A stretch of DNA of 64,000 bases, from the NCBI GenBank assembly GCA_976551045.1, contig CDPCPM010000106.1, forward strand, positions 22,444,001 to 22,508,000. Reading direction: 5' to 3'. Under the pieces are notes generated by a model that made no database searches, was not told where the DNA came from, and saw nothing but the letters and a program-made list of their open reading frames with translations. Numbering within the stretch: the stretch's first letter is position 1; the number at the start of each line of letters is the position of its first letter. The translations under genes and the position numbers were made by a program. The DNA is from Glaucostegus cemiculus. Lineage: Eukaryota. Below, piece after piece: positions 37,128 through 49,022 of the stretch.

Positions 37128-37331
37128 CAACTCCGTGAATCAATCTCTGAGCACAAGCCTCACATTGATAAGCTAATGAAGATTGGGCCTCAGTTGATGG
37201 TATTGAATCCAGATGAAGGCAGAATGGTTCATGAAAAACATACCACTGCTGAAGCACTCTATGCTAAAATAAAACACGATGCACGAGAGAGAGCTTTGGC
37301 ATTGGACGAAGCAATTTCACAGTCTGCTCAG
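37128..37331 (+). CDS. MACF1: MACF1 exon (QLRESISEHKPHIDKL...AISQSAQ), phase 0-0
   Basis: acaacag| and |gtactt, 204 nt. Confidence 0.95.
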
Positions 37332-38156
37332 GTACTTTCTACTAAAGATTGCTGCATATAATTGAATTTTTAATGGTTGTTTGTCAGAAAGTAAATTTGT
37401 GTTAAGTTTCCCATTGCTGCCACAACCTACTATAATTTCTGCTGCCCATAATTATAGGTATATCATTGTTCAACATCAGTGCTCTTTAAAAATGAGAGGT
37501 GCATTCTAGAGCCTTTGCTCCTTTGTGATTGCTTTTAGAACCATCATAGACAGTAATTAAATAACAGGAGCAGATGAGCAGTGAATGACAAACTCACCAG
37601 GCAGCATGCTTGAGGTATTTGGAATTATCGACCAAATTTGTAAACAAAAAAAGGTCAATTACCTTTGCAAGCCCCATCATACTTTCCTATTATGAGATTG
37701 GGAATCCGTTTGCTTTCCTTCAGATGAAGATACCTTTATATAATTTTCAAATAGCTATTGATCCTTCAGTAGCTTAATCCTTCCATCAATAGAGTATTTA
37801 ATAAAGTTACCCATAGATTGACATGTTGTTTGACATGTTGTTCTATCTAGTTATTAATGCTGTGAAAGCAAAATTGAGGAAGCAAGCCAATCCAATAGAA
37901 TAAAAAGCACACTATGGCATCCTACTTTGTAGATGTACAGAAACACCACAACATAACATTAGTCATGTTTGTAAACTGTATTCATTCCATGTTTGTCCTG
38001 TTTAAGACACTCCCGTATGTTATCCCTTCACAGTTTTCTCATACTAACATGTCATTTGTTTTCCATTCCGCCCACCTCGTGGAATTAAATATTTATTTGC
38101 CGACACGTCCTGCTACGTTGTGTTTAATTGTTGTGTTCATCACATCCACTCATTAG

Positions 38157-38165
38157 TTTGCTGAG
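38157..38165 (+). CDS. MACF1: MACF1 9-nt microexon (FAE), phase 0-0
   Basis: cattag|TTTGCTGAG|gtaagc with a strong donor, TACTAAC at 38042-38048 and no AG between 38034 and 38154. It falls where I recall a 3-aa insert in mammalian MACF1 (SQSTQ-ITE-FHDK). Confidence 0.8.
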
Positions 38166-40023
38166 GTAAGCAGAACTCCTTGCACACTCGCTACTGCTGC
38201 ACATAAGGGTTGCTTTCTTGTTCTATTTTCTGTTTGGATATGTCATTCGCTAAAGCTGGTTGCCAAATAGCTTTGCTGGAGATAAAGAACAAAGCCTGCA
38301 TGTGTTATAGTTTAATTTATTCTAAATAGGTTACTTATTATTTAACAAATAATATTGGATTCAACTTTGCTAAGTTTTACCAAATAATAGGCTGCTTTGG
38401 ACTTTAGGATTTGAGCTCTTTCTTCTGTAGCACTGAACTAAAGAAGAGGCATTCACGTTAAAATGAATTTCCATCATTTTTAATACTCAGTAATTTTTTG
38501 TCATTATCCAGACTATTTTTGTATTTATAATTCTGTTGGAGTGCCCAGATTAGGTGGAAATGCCTCTCTTAACAACACTTAGGATGGGTTTGAGTCCACC
38601 TTCAAAAAAAAAAAGCTATCTGTGGAATAGAATAAAGATTTCATTTTCACTTCTCGTGCTTGTTGACTTTTGAGATGTGATTGCTTAATTATTGTTGGTT
38701 CTGGGCTCTTATCTGTTTCTAACTTCATTAAGATCTACTCAGACTGATTTAGATTGGGACCTCCTTAGTCATATGAGAAAGTCCAGTTTTCTCCCAAACA
38801 TATGGATTTAATTTGAATCTGGATCTCAGGGTGAAAGAAAACATTTCAAGGCTGAGTTATTATAAACACAGACATTTTTTTTCCTAAGCTAATTTTTTTT
38901 TCAAAATAGTATATGCATTTAAAAGTCCTTTCATGGCTCCCTTATTACCTGTGATTAACAATGGTCTAACTTGGGTAAACTATGGTGTATCAATTGCTTG
39001 TCCTACTGCTCTTACAAAATGAAAATACAGAAAAGGTCTCTTAAAATGACATTCGATTCCCTAGTTTTAATTTTGTGGAATGTTTTGGTGATAAGCAAAA
39101 GAAAATCTAGCACTTGTCCTCAAATTATTTAGTTTTTATCTGGTCAGTCAAACACGCAAGGTCTTGTTGAATTAGCCTTGACCAGAAAAGGTGGATTATA
39201 ATGTCTTTAAATTAGTTATTTTCTTTATAATCTCAAAACAGATTTTATATGAATTCTCTGTGGGCCCAGGCTTTGTAGGTAATAATATGCTAGCCACATA
39301 GCACTGACTAATGATAAGGTATTGCAGATCTTCTGAGGGCAACTTGCTGGCTAAAGGTGACTCCAACATCAACAGCAAAGTCCATTTGGAATCTCCCAAG
39401 CATAAATCTGTCTCAGGGGAAGGCCTGCAGAATGAGACCTTCCTCTGAAAGGTCTGTGGAATAAAAAAACATTGATAACTGGCTAAACCATGCCCTTGTA
39501 TGTTTCTGAATGACAGCATTCACAAACATTCCAAAGCTATTTATTTTCTTAGTCATTTAAAAATTAATGAAAATGTTAAAGGAATCTAAAGAGTTAACTT
39601 AAGCAGTTTAAAAACAATGAATTGAACTAAAACGGTTCAAAGATTACAAATGATGTAAAATTTAGTCCCTTGCAGCTATTCATCTCTTTTCAAATAAAAG
39701 CAGAGGCTGTTTTTGCAGTGGGTCAGGGGTCAATCCACAGAGAATAGTTTTAGATTCCCTGATGAATAAGTGCCAGTAATTTCAGCATTTCTGCATCCAT
39801 GTGTATATATTTGCAAATCCTAAACTTGCTGCAACTTATGTGGGGAAAATCTTGCAGAATGGCCAGAACTTAACCTGCACAATCTGCTTGTGTATTTTTC
39901 TGAAAATGCACTGTAAAATGAGATTATTTAATGCTTAATTAGCAATTAGACCTTTCAAAATAAATGGAAATTCTGAGAAAATCCTAAGGCAAAACCAATA
40001 ACTTGTGTTTTTGGTTTGTTTAG

Positions 40024-40255
40024 TTTCATGATAAGATCGATCCAATGCTGGAGTCTCTGGAACACATTGCTGACCGGATGCGCATGCCTCCTTCGATACC
40101 AGCTGAGGTCGAAAAGATCCGAGAGCACATCAACGAGAATAAAAATATTGCAATGGAGCTTGAAAAACTCCAGCCATCTTTTGAAGCTCTTAAACGCCGT
40201 GGTGAGGAACTGATCAGTCGGTCATCTGGAGCAGAAGAGGATCCTGCAGCCAAAG
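40024..40255 (+). CDS. MACF1: MACF1 exon ([12 protein letters not shown]...DPAAK), phase 0-1
   Basis: tttgtttag| and |gtattg, 232 nt, contains [19 protein letters not shown]. Confidence 0.96.
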
Positions 40256-40539
40256 GTATTGAATTTTGCATTCATTTCCAGATGTGTATATAAATTAGAA
40301 GTCTATTCGCTATTGTTAAGGCTGCTCTTACTCCGTGCATCACTGATCTGATGAAGATAAATGACCCAACTTCTAGATTTCAAATTAACAGCTTATAATG
40401 TTCTCGGGAATATTGGGCCCAAATTCCTCAATCTGTTCTGCTTATGTTAAAGCCAAAGTAAAAAGTACCTTAACAGTTTTTTTTCCCCGTAAGACCCAAG
40501 TTTTCAGACAGTCTGGTTCCAGTTAAAGGCTGACTCCAG

Positions 40540-40860
40540 TGAGTGTGAACAGAATTTGGAATCAGGATTAGAAGCAATAACTTGGGTCTTCATAATTTTC
40601 AGTTGAAGGAAATGTCAATATATTCAACTCTGGATATCAGTTAAAGAGGTAACCACTTGGTGGAGATGGTGCTGAAGTAAGTTGGCTGTCATTGGCGTAC
40701 ATGTTGAAATTGAAATTCTGTTCAAATAATATTGGGAAGGGGCATGTCAAAGAGAATCAGGATGGGACTAAGAATAGATCCATGGGCAACCCCAGGGATA
40801 TTGCAACTGTGGAAAGGCAAGCCTTTGCAAGTGATTCATTAAATACAATGGAACCAAACA
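40540..40860 (-). mobile_element. L2-like RT fragment (ancient)
   Basis: Reverse strand near 40750-40795 translates GVAHGSILSPIL, a decayed GVPQGSILGP RT motif. Confidence 0.5.
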
Positions 40861-41231
40861 ACGGAACTTTGTACACACGGGGCCCCAGTTCCCACACCCC
40901 CTTTTGTATGCACCGGGCCCCCAGTTCCCGTGCCTCCTTTAAGCTCATCAGGTTTGCTGGGAAACTTTTTATGCCACTGTATAGCAATCTCCTTTTAAGT
41001 TAAAAGTGTGTTGGAGTATTAATGAAATAACATCCAATAGTTGAGAAAATCTGCCAGCTCAGGAGCATCAAATTTCCTAGTGTGGCAGATTTAACAGAGC
41101 TTTACTTAAAACATTTGGGTTTTGTTCTCATTCAGTTGATGAGTGACCTAATTTGGGTGGTGTACTGCAAAATCAGCATTAGCGAACAATTCCCAGTTGT
41201 TCTATATAAAATTTTAAAATCTGCCAATCCA

Positions 41232-41358
41232 AAATAAAAGTAGAAAATGCTGGAAACACTCAGCAGATCAGGCAGCATCTGTGGAAAGAGAAACAGACCT
41301 AATGTTTACAGATGCTGCCTTTATCTGCTGACTGTTTCCAGCATTTTCTATTTTTATC
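41232..41358. repeat. Fold-back element with ~50-bp arms (related palindromic family)
   Basis: ataaaagtagaaaatgctggaaacactcagcagatcaggcagcatctgt is near reverse-complementary to acagatgctgcctttatctgctgactgtttccagcattttctatttttat. Confidence 0.88.
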
Positions 41359-41481
41359 TCAGTTGTTAGATAATAGTTCTTTTTTTAAAGTTTGGTTGTG
41401 TTTAATGCAGTTACCCCTGGGAGCAGAAATGCCATCTTAAAAATGTTAACTATATTGTTTTTCCCATTTATAACACGTAAG

Positions 41482-41708
41482 CTATTCAAGACAAGTTGGA
41501 CCAGATGGTATTCTACTGGGAAGATATCAAAGCTCGTGGTGAAGAGAGGGATATTAAGCTTCTCGATGTACTTGATCTCGCTGAAAAGTTCTGGTACGAT
41601 ATGGCTGCCCTGATGACTACCATTAAGGACACACAGGAAATAGTGCGAGACCTGGAGAGTCCCGGTATTGATCCTTCAATCATTAAGCAACAGCAGGAGG
41701 CTGCAGAG
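41482..41708 (+). CDS. MACF1: MACF1 exon ([17 protein letters not shown]...QQQEAAE), phase 1-0
   Basis: AAG acceptor (cacgtaag|) and |gtatga, 227 nt. Start phase matches the upstream exon. Confidence 0.93.
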
Positions 41709-41911
41709 GTATGAATATGGTTCTCACACAGAAAACGTTACAGTACAATTTGGATATATGAACTATGACTAATACTAAGCATGTTCCAACTATTTATTTA
41801 CTGTATTTGTCTTGTTTATATCACACAAACCAATTGATTTTCTGGAACATTGAATAGTAGTGTGCTTAAGACTGAATTGTTAATGATTTTGTGAATATCT
41901 GTTGATATCAG

Positions 41912-42034
41912 ACAATTAAAGAAGAGACAGATGGACTCCACGAGGAACTAGAATTTGTGCGAATCTTGGGAGCAGACCTTATCTTTGCCTGTGGAGAATT
42001 AGAAAAACCTGAAGTGAAAAAAAGTATAGATGAG
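41912..42034 (+). CDS. MACF1: MACF1 exon ([15 protein letters not shown]...KKSIDE), phase 0-0
   Basis: gatatcag| and |gtaaaa, 123 nt. Confidence 0.95.
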
Positions 42035-42194
42035 GTAAAATATTAATAGAAATAATAAATAAGTAATAATGTATGGTATTAGATGTGTTGAATCTTGTTT
42101 AAAAGACCAGGTTAAAGAAGGAAGAAAGTATATCAGCTCATTATTTCAACAATTGAATAGTTAAATTAATTTTCCATTTAAGCAGTGAATCCTA

Positions 42195-42750
42195 ATATAA
42201 CATAAGATCATTGTAATAGAATCAGGAGTGGGCTATTCTGTCCTTTCTGTCTGCTCTACCATTTGATATGGTCACAGTTGATTATTTTTGTTAACCTGAG
42301 TCACTTTCCTGAACTAACCACACATCTCTTCTGTCCCTTAATATCAAAAAATGTGTTGATTTGTCATGAGCGTAAGTAGTGACTGATCCTCCACAGCCCT
42401 CTTAGGAAGTGAATTCCAAAATGTCCCCACCCTCTGGGTAAAGAAATTTCATCTTGGATCTTTATTTTGGTACTGTTGACCTCTGGCTCTAAACGCCCCA
42501 GCCAGGGAACGATGCAAAGTCCTGTTAGGATTTTACATGCTTCAATGAGATCTCTTATTCTTTTAAACATAAGAGAACAGGCCTAATCTCTTGCCATATG
42601 ACAATCTTGCCATCCCAAGAATCAATCTGCTGAATCTTCACTGCACTATCTTTATCATGGGTATACCTTCATCAGACCTTCATCCAGCATTCCAGATATG
42701 TTCTCACCAGAGCTCTATATAGTTGGAGCATGACTCAAGTTCTCTTACAG
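42195..42750 (-). mobile_element. Old CR1-like LINE 3' fragment
   Basis: ORF remnant FKRIRDLIEACKILTGL; tail reverse complement aacataagatc...aggagtgggctatt. Confidence 0.7.
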
Positions 42751-42760
42751 AAGTACCTGT

Positions 42761-43590
42761 GAATCAGAATCAGAATCAGTTTTATTGTCACAACCATATA
42801 CATACATGGTACGCATAGGAGCGAGATACCGTCCTCCACAGGAACACGTCTCATAGAAAAGAATAACATAACAACCAACAGAGAGACACATACACACTTG
42901 GCAGAATACACAGTACAAAACATTACTCATTAGTTCTTACATAAATAGATCTTAAAGTGAACGGGCTGGTGTCAGGCATTTAAAGTGCTGGTGCATTTCT
43001 GTGCACCTAGCATCTCCTAGTGTTAACAAAGGAAGATGGAGGGATGAGAGAGTTTGCAGTTCTGATGGCTTGCGGAAAGAAGCTATTGTTCAGCCTGGAC
43101 GTTCTTGCCCTGATACATTTAAGCCTCCTCCCTGATGGCAAAATTGTGAAGAGGTGGTGGGAGGGGTGAGAGGGGTCGGCCATTATGCTTTTTGTCTTCC
43201 TCACACAACGGTCTTTGTATACGTCTGCGAGGGATGGAAGCGAGACACCTATGATCCACTCCGCAGCCTTAACTATCTTCTGGAGGGACTTCCGCCCAGC
43301 AGCTGAGCAGCTTCCAAACCAAACAGAGATACATTGAGTTAGGATGCTCTCAATGGTCCCCCTGTAGAAGGATTTCATGACTGAGGGGTGTGGGTACGCT
43401 TTCCTCAGTCTCCGCAGGAAGTAGAGGCGTTTCTGAGCCTTCTTCGTGAGGGCCGTAATGTTAGTGGACCAGGTCAGGTCGTCGGTGATGTGCACCCCCA
43501 GGAACTTGGTGCTGCGTACTTGTTCCACAGCAGACCCGTTGATGGTCAGCGGAGCGTGCACACGATGACCCCTCCTAAAAGACACCATAA
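42761..43590 (-). mobile_element. Rex1/Babar-clade non-LTR retrotransposon, 5'-truncated, young
   Basis: Intact 193-aa frame with KFLGVHITDDLTWSTN..KKAQKRLYFLRRL..FYRGTIESILT..DPSHPSHHLF..LPSGRR..SFFPQAIR (RT thumb plus DUF1891-like C-terminus), a 3' UTR and a (TTCTGA)n tail seen as gaatcagaatcagaatcag at 42761-42779. Confidence 0.88.
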
Positions 43591-44323
43591 TATGTTATGC
43601 AATATGTTGTATGTTTTTGTTCAGCTCTGTTCTGCTGATATCTTCTTCCATTAATTCTAGAATACTTAAGTAAATTGACATTGTGTCTTTGATCTTCTAT
43701 AATATGTGAATACCCTGTTCAAAAATTTTTTGGCAAAAATGCAAAACATTTGAAAAATCAATATGCTGCTTCCTATTTTATCAAAAATCCATTTTAAGTA
43801 AAGCTTGAGATATGGACTGGATGTTGTAAGCCATAGCAGTCCTAATGAAATAGGATTATATTTAAGTGTAAATTTCAGCTGAGAGTTCTCAATTTATTAA
43901 CTGTTAGAAATTTGTATAAACCATGATAAAATCAATGCATTACTACCAGGTTTTGAATGCTTCACGGGGAAAGCCTAAATGAGGCATGAGTGAGTTTGAT
44001 TGAATATGGGAAATGTTTATACTACAGGCAGCTTGTAGAGAATGTTGCACATCCTTATCTTCGTAGGCTGACAACTGACAGAGCTCTTCATCCTTCTGGT
44101 TCTGGCCTTTTTGAATTTTAAAATTTCCTTCCAAAATGTTATTGTCCCAACTCTGTCTCATCCATTAATAAGGTCCTTAAAACTTTGCTCTTTGACCAAG
44201 ATTTTGGTCATCCGATTGAACATCTTTTTACACAGATCAGTTTCATGCACATTAGAATATTTCACCTCATTAAAAGCACCATAAATGTTACCATTCTTAC
44301 AGATTATTTCATTTTGTATCTAG

Positions 44324-44425
44324 CTCAATCATACATGGGATAACCTGAACAAAACCTGGAAAGAGCGAATGGACAAACTGGAAGAGGCCATGCAAGCAGC
44401 TGTCCAATACCAAGATGCATTGCAA
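44324..44425 (+). CDS. MACF1: MACF1 exon ([15 protein letters not shown]...QYQDALQ), phase 0-0
   Basis: gtatctag| and |gtaagg, 102 nt. Confidence 0.95.
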
Positions 44426-44505
44426 GTAAGGAATGCTTTGCATAGAATCTATTTATTTGCAAATATGGCATTATCGTTCCTAATCTGCTTATTGTGACTT
44501 TTTAG

Positions 44506-44607
44506 GCAATGTTTGACTGGCTGGATAACACGGTAATAAAACTGGGTGAGATGTCTCCAGTTGGCACAGATATCAGCACTGTCAAGCAACAAATAAATGA
44601 AATGAAG
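44506..44607 (+). CDS. MACF1: MACF1 exon (AMFDWLDNTVIKL...QINEMK), phase 0-0
   Basis: actttttag| and |gtgggt, 102 nt. The preceding intron is only 80 nt. Confidence 0.95.
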
Positions 44608-44904
44608 GTGGGTAAATCTTGCAAGAGGAGTATACCAAACCCAAATCTTTAGAGAAGCAGCATGAAAAGATATAATGATAGTAGTTCTCTACTTTTGCTT
44701 TTTCTGTATTTTTTTTCAACCATTTCTTAATAGTTTCCATTTAAAATGAAAATTCCATTAATGTATTTATTATGTCTACCAAATATCACTTGTTAAATGA
44801 TTCAATTGATTTAGCTTTGAACAGCTGAACCCACAAAGTGGCAGGTTTGTGCTGATTTTGGCCAACTTTGGAAATAGCAGTGTCATTATTATTGGTCCTG
44901 CACC

Positions 44905-45870
44905 CATTGTGTTCAGTGCTGGGACCTTTGTTGTTCATTATTTATATAAACAATTTGGATGTGAATGTACAAGGCGTGGTTAGTAAGTTTGTGGGAGTTA
45001 CTAAAATGGTTGATATCATAGTCAGTGAAGAAAGTTATCAAAAATTATAGGAGGATCTCGAATACCTAAGTAAGTGAGCCAAGGATTGGCAAATGGCTTT
45101 GGTAAGTGTAAACTGTTGCATTTTAGGAATTCAAACCAGGGTAGGACTTGCACAGTGAATCATTGTGCCCTAGGGAGTGTTGTGGGACCTAGGAGTACAA
45201 GTACATGGTTCGTTGAAAACAGAAAAGCAGGTAGACAGGGTGGTGAAGAAGGCGTTTGGCATGCTGGCCTTCATCAGTCAGGGTATTGAGTAGAGGAGTC
45301 AAGACATTATGTTGCAGTTGTACAAAACGTTAGTGAGTCTGCACTTAAAGAATTGTGTACAGTTTTGGTTACCCTGTTACGGGAAAGGCATCATTTAAAC
45401 TGGAAAGAGTGCAGAGAAGATTTACAAGGATGCTGTAGACTCAAGGGACTGAGTTATCGGGAGAGGTTGGGCAGACTAGGATTTTATCCCTCGAAACATA
45501 AGAGATTGAAGGGTAATCTTATAGAGGTGTATAAAATCAATAGGGGCATAGGGTGAATACATAGTCTTTTTTTTATTGAAGGGGAACTAAAAACTAGAGG
45601 GCATAAGTTAAGGGTGAGAGGTGAAAGACTTGAAAGGGACCTGAGGGGCAACAACTTCATGCAGTGGGTGTTGGGATTAAGGAATGAGCTGCCAGAGAAA
45701 GTGGTTGAGGCAGGTTCACTAACAACATTTAAAACACATTTGGACGGGTAAGTGGATAGAGGGATATGGGCCAGATATGGGCAAATGGGACTGGCTTGGT
45801 CAGCACCTTGGTTAGCAAGGATGAGTTGGGCCAAAGGGCCTGTTTCCGTGCTATACTGCTCGATGATTCT
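44905..45870 (+). mobile_element. CR1/HER1-like LINE 3' ~1 kb (frameshifted)
   Basis: SVLGPLLFIIYINNLD..VSKF; KCKLLHF; GLSYRERLGRLG..LKGNLIEVYKI; tail gggccaaagggcctgtttccgtgctatactgctcgatgattct. Confidence 0.92.
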
Positions 45871-46209
45871 CAGAAAATGCCAAGACTTCCAGCAAGTACA
45901 GAATCAAGCTCACAAGGCCAGTTCCTTCATTTCAGTAGCATGTGATAAATCTGTCTGAGCTAGCATTGCATGGTATGGTATCATGCCTTTAAGGCTTTGT
46001 TCAGGTTACCACATGGGTGACCAACTTCTATCATAGCGACATGTGAACAGCTTAAGAAAAAATAAGGGAAAATACCAGTGGAAAAAAGTAGGAAGGAAAA
46101 ACAATCTGTCATTTGATCATGATTTAAAAATTGTTATATTTTTCACTGCATAAAATTGATTTACTCTTCTGCATGACATGTAACATTCCCACATGTCTGC
46201 ATGCCACAG

Positions 46210-46383
46210 GAATTTAAAATGGAGGTGTACCAGCAGCAGATAGAGATGGAAAAACTTAACCACCAGGGGGAGCTCCTACTAAAGAGAGCCTCAGATGAGA
46301 CTGATCAAGACATAATTCAACAGCCACTCAACGAGCTCCAACATCTCTGGGAAGATTTGGGAGAGAAGATTATTAACAGACAG
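46210..46383 (+). CDS. MACF1: MACF1 exon (EFKMEVYQQQIEMEKL...KIINRQ), phase 0-0
   Basis: gccacag| and |gtacga, 174 nt. Confidence 0.96.
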
Positions 46384-46460
46384 GTACGAGAGGGCATGGT
46401 ATCACCAAATTCCCAGCCGCTGTTTCTCGTATATTAAAAATCAATATGCGTTGCCAACAT

Positions 46461-46710
46461 TGGGCGGCACAATAGCGTAGCGGTTAGCGCGACGCTGTTA
46501 CAGCGCCAGCGATCGGGGTTCGATTCCCGTCGCTGACTGTAAGGAGTTTGTACGTTCTCCCACGTCTGCGTGGATTTCCTCCAGGTGCTCCGGTTTCCTC
46601 CCACATTCTGAAAGACGTACAGGTAGGTTAATTTGGGGGTTTAAATGGGCGGCGCGGACTCATTGGGCCGAAAGGGCCTGTTACCACGCTGTAAATAAAA
46701 ATTTAAATTT
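46461..46710 (+). mobile_element. Full-length tRNA-derived V-SINE (HE1-like)
   Basis: Pol III A box TAGCGTAGCGG (46473-46483), B box GGTTCGATTCC (46517-46527), core gagtttgtacgttctcc..ctccggtttcctcccaca and LINE-like tail gggccgaaagggcctgtt..gctgtaaataaaa. CpG-rich. Confidence 0.92.
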
Positions 46711-47515
46711 ATATGAGCCACAAACTGTGGTATCTTACATTGCACTTTGTTGCATGAGATCTAACTGGGTTTTAATTGCACACTAATCAATAATTATTGT
46801 TTAACAAATTCTCTGACCTTAAAAGAACCTTTTATTTTGTTTAGATGTACATAGTAGTTCCCTTAAAGTGCTTCAGATTACAAGATTTCAAAATAAATTT
46901 TCTTTCTTAAAAAGTTAATTTAAAAATTGAGCTTCTTGCTTTCTAGCATGCAGTTTGTGAGAATTTTAATTTGATTGGCACTTGAATCATCTTAGCAAGA
47001 ATATAGTTGCTGAAAGCCAGGGATCTCTTTGAACTGATGCTTGGAAACGAGGAAGTTCTCAGCACAAAGGTGGATAGATCTTTGTGAAGAACTTCAAGAT
47101 CAGTAGTGAATCTATTGCTTCATTGCAAATTCTGGTCCTATATACCTACAAATGCAAAAGAGAAGTATATGTGCTGCTCTTCAACAACTATTATTTTCAT
47201 TCAGTTCAATTACTAGAAAGCGAGCACAGGCAAATATGAATGCCAGGCTGTGGCTTCTCAGTCACTGTGATTGGTGCCATAATCATTGGCCCATGCCCCA
47301 TTACTGTAAAATATATTGGTTTGACTAACAAGCACAATGACCTTCAAAATACGATTGAGTAATCAGTACTCAATAAATCTTTTTCTGCTTTGATAAATAC
47401 TTCATAGGCCCAATCTGAACACAGTATTTTTGAGAATATTTCTGAGAAAATGATATATTTTTTCTGCCCGTTTGCGTATTCTGAATGATTATGAATTTAC
47501 TTTTTTTCTCCACAG

Positions 47516-47671
47516 CACAAGGTGGAGGGTGCACTGTTGGCACTGGGTCAGTTTCAACATGCATTGGCTGAACTTATGACCTGGTTGAATCATACAGAGG
47601 AGCTTCTGGATGGACAAAGACCAATCACTGGAGACCCAAAGGCCATAGAGATTGAACTGGCAAAGCATCAT
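47516..47671 (+). CDS. MACF1: MACF1 exon ([17 protein letters not shown]...ELAKHH), phase 0-0
   Basis: ctccacag| and |gtaatt, 156 nt. Confidence 0.96.
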
Positions 47672-48421
47672 GTAATTGCAAAATTATATATTCATTACTC
47701 CAAGTGAATTAACTGCTTGCAAAATAGCCATGATATTGTCACAGTACATGACCAATACAAATTTATTAGTTGATATCATGAAATCAAGAAAGCATGTTCA
47801 TTTTTATGTGTTTTATATCCTTCATAGAGCTGTAACGTTCAGCATAGCCATCATGTCCACTCCTCTGTCACTCAGTGAGTAGCAGGACAGAACAGGTGAT
47901 CTTGTACCGTGTCAAAATTACTAAAGACTAAATTCTTTTTAGAGATTTTAAGTGATGAACTAAAGAGAGGGAAAGAGCCCAGGGTGGCTGAAGATCCATT
48001 TGCTTTTAAAGGAGTTGAGGAATTGAGAGGGTATTCCAAAATTCAGATTAAGAAGATGATTGAGGGAGGTTCTGCATAAGTCAACAGAGCCAATAATGCT
48101 GACCAAAGCTTCTTTTAATGCTGAATTGTGTGGCTTTTTTTAAGCAATGTGTTGGAGGATGAGGAGTTAACAGTGAAAGATGATGGTTCGACTTAGCTTG
48201 TGATTTGATAGAGATGGCAGTGTTCTACCCATGGTGGAATGCTGGGCGATGAGAGGAGACTAGTTATCAGATGGTCCCTCTACCTTTTCTTATTAGAGGT
48301 GTTGAAGATCTGTTATTTATTTGATAAAGTGAGTCTTACTTTAAATATGCTTTAAGTCTGTGAAGAGCTAGCTAAATTGGACAGGAATATTTTAATAACT
48401 GGAACTTTAATATCTCCATAG

Positions 48422-48619
48422 GTCCTGAAAAATGATGTCCTTGCACATAAATCAACAGTTGACACTGTTAATAAAGCTGGGAATGAACTTCTGGAATCAA
48501 GTGCAGGGGAGGATGCCAGTAACCTAAAGCATCGACTAGACACACTAAACCAGAGTTGGCAGTCTCTGCTTAGGAAAACTGAAGGGAGAGAGCAGCAACT
48601 GGAGGCTGCCCTGCAGCAG
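48422..48619 (+). CDS. MACF1: MACF1 exon ([10 protein letters not shown]...LEAALQQ), phase 0-0
   Basis: ctccatag| and |gtaagc, 198 nt. Confidence 0.96.
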
Positions 48620-48893
48620 GTAAGCAGTGAGGGAAGGATGTGGGGATGGAGCCAGTGAGGGGGAGAATGCAGGAGGATGGAGATAAGGTTGTAAACACGA
48701 CAAGTTCTGACTTGGCATTGCTTATGATGTTATTTTATAATTGGGTAATAATGAACATATTTTAATGCTTAAACTGAACTTAATCCATAGATAATTCCTT
48801 GTCAGTGTGAGACAAATTTCATGCTGATAAAATAAATATTGACAACGTTTGTTAGTCATTATATTTTTCTGAATGGTGCCTCTTATTTCAAAG

Positions 48894-49022
48894 GCTGAAG
48901 GATTTCATGGAGAGATTGAGGACTTCTTGCAGTGGCTGAGTCGGGTTGAGAATCAATTGGCAGTTTCAAAATCCACTGGAGGTTTACCTGAGACAGCTCG
49001 AGAACAACTCAATGCACACTTG
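48894..49022 (+). CDS. MACF1: MACF1 exon ([12 protein letters not shown]...[15 protein letters not shown]), phase 0-0
   Basis: tttcaaag| and |gtaatg, 129 nt. Confidence 0.95.

Noticed and set aside
37818-37842. Tandem ttgacatgttgt as a p53 response element
   Set aside because: Each half-site deviates from RRRCWWGYYY at its outer positions, and a 12-bp slippage duplication explains it.
40867-40937. Imperfect GC-rich ~40-bp duplication (gggccccagttccc)
   Set aside because: Two degenerate copies beside an L2 remnant with no evidence of function.
46461-46540. Possible tRNA gene
   Set aside because: The A and B boxes continue into a SINE core and LINE-like tail, and a second dispersed copy exists, so it is a SINE head.
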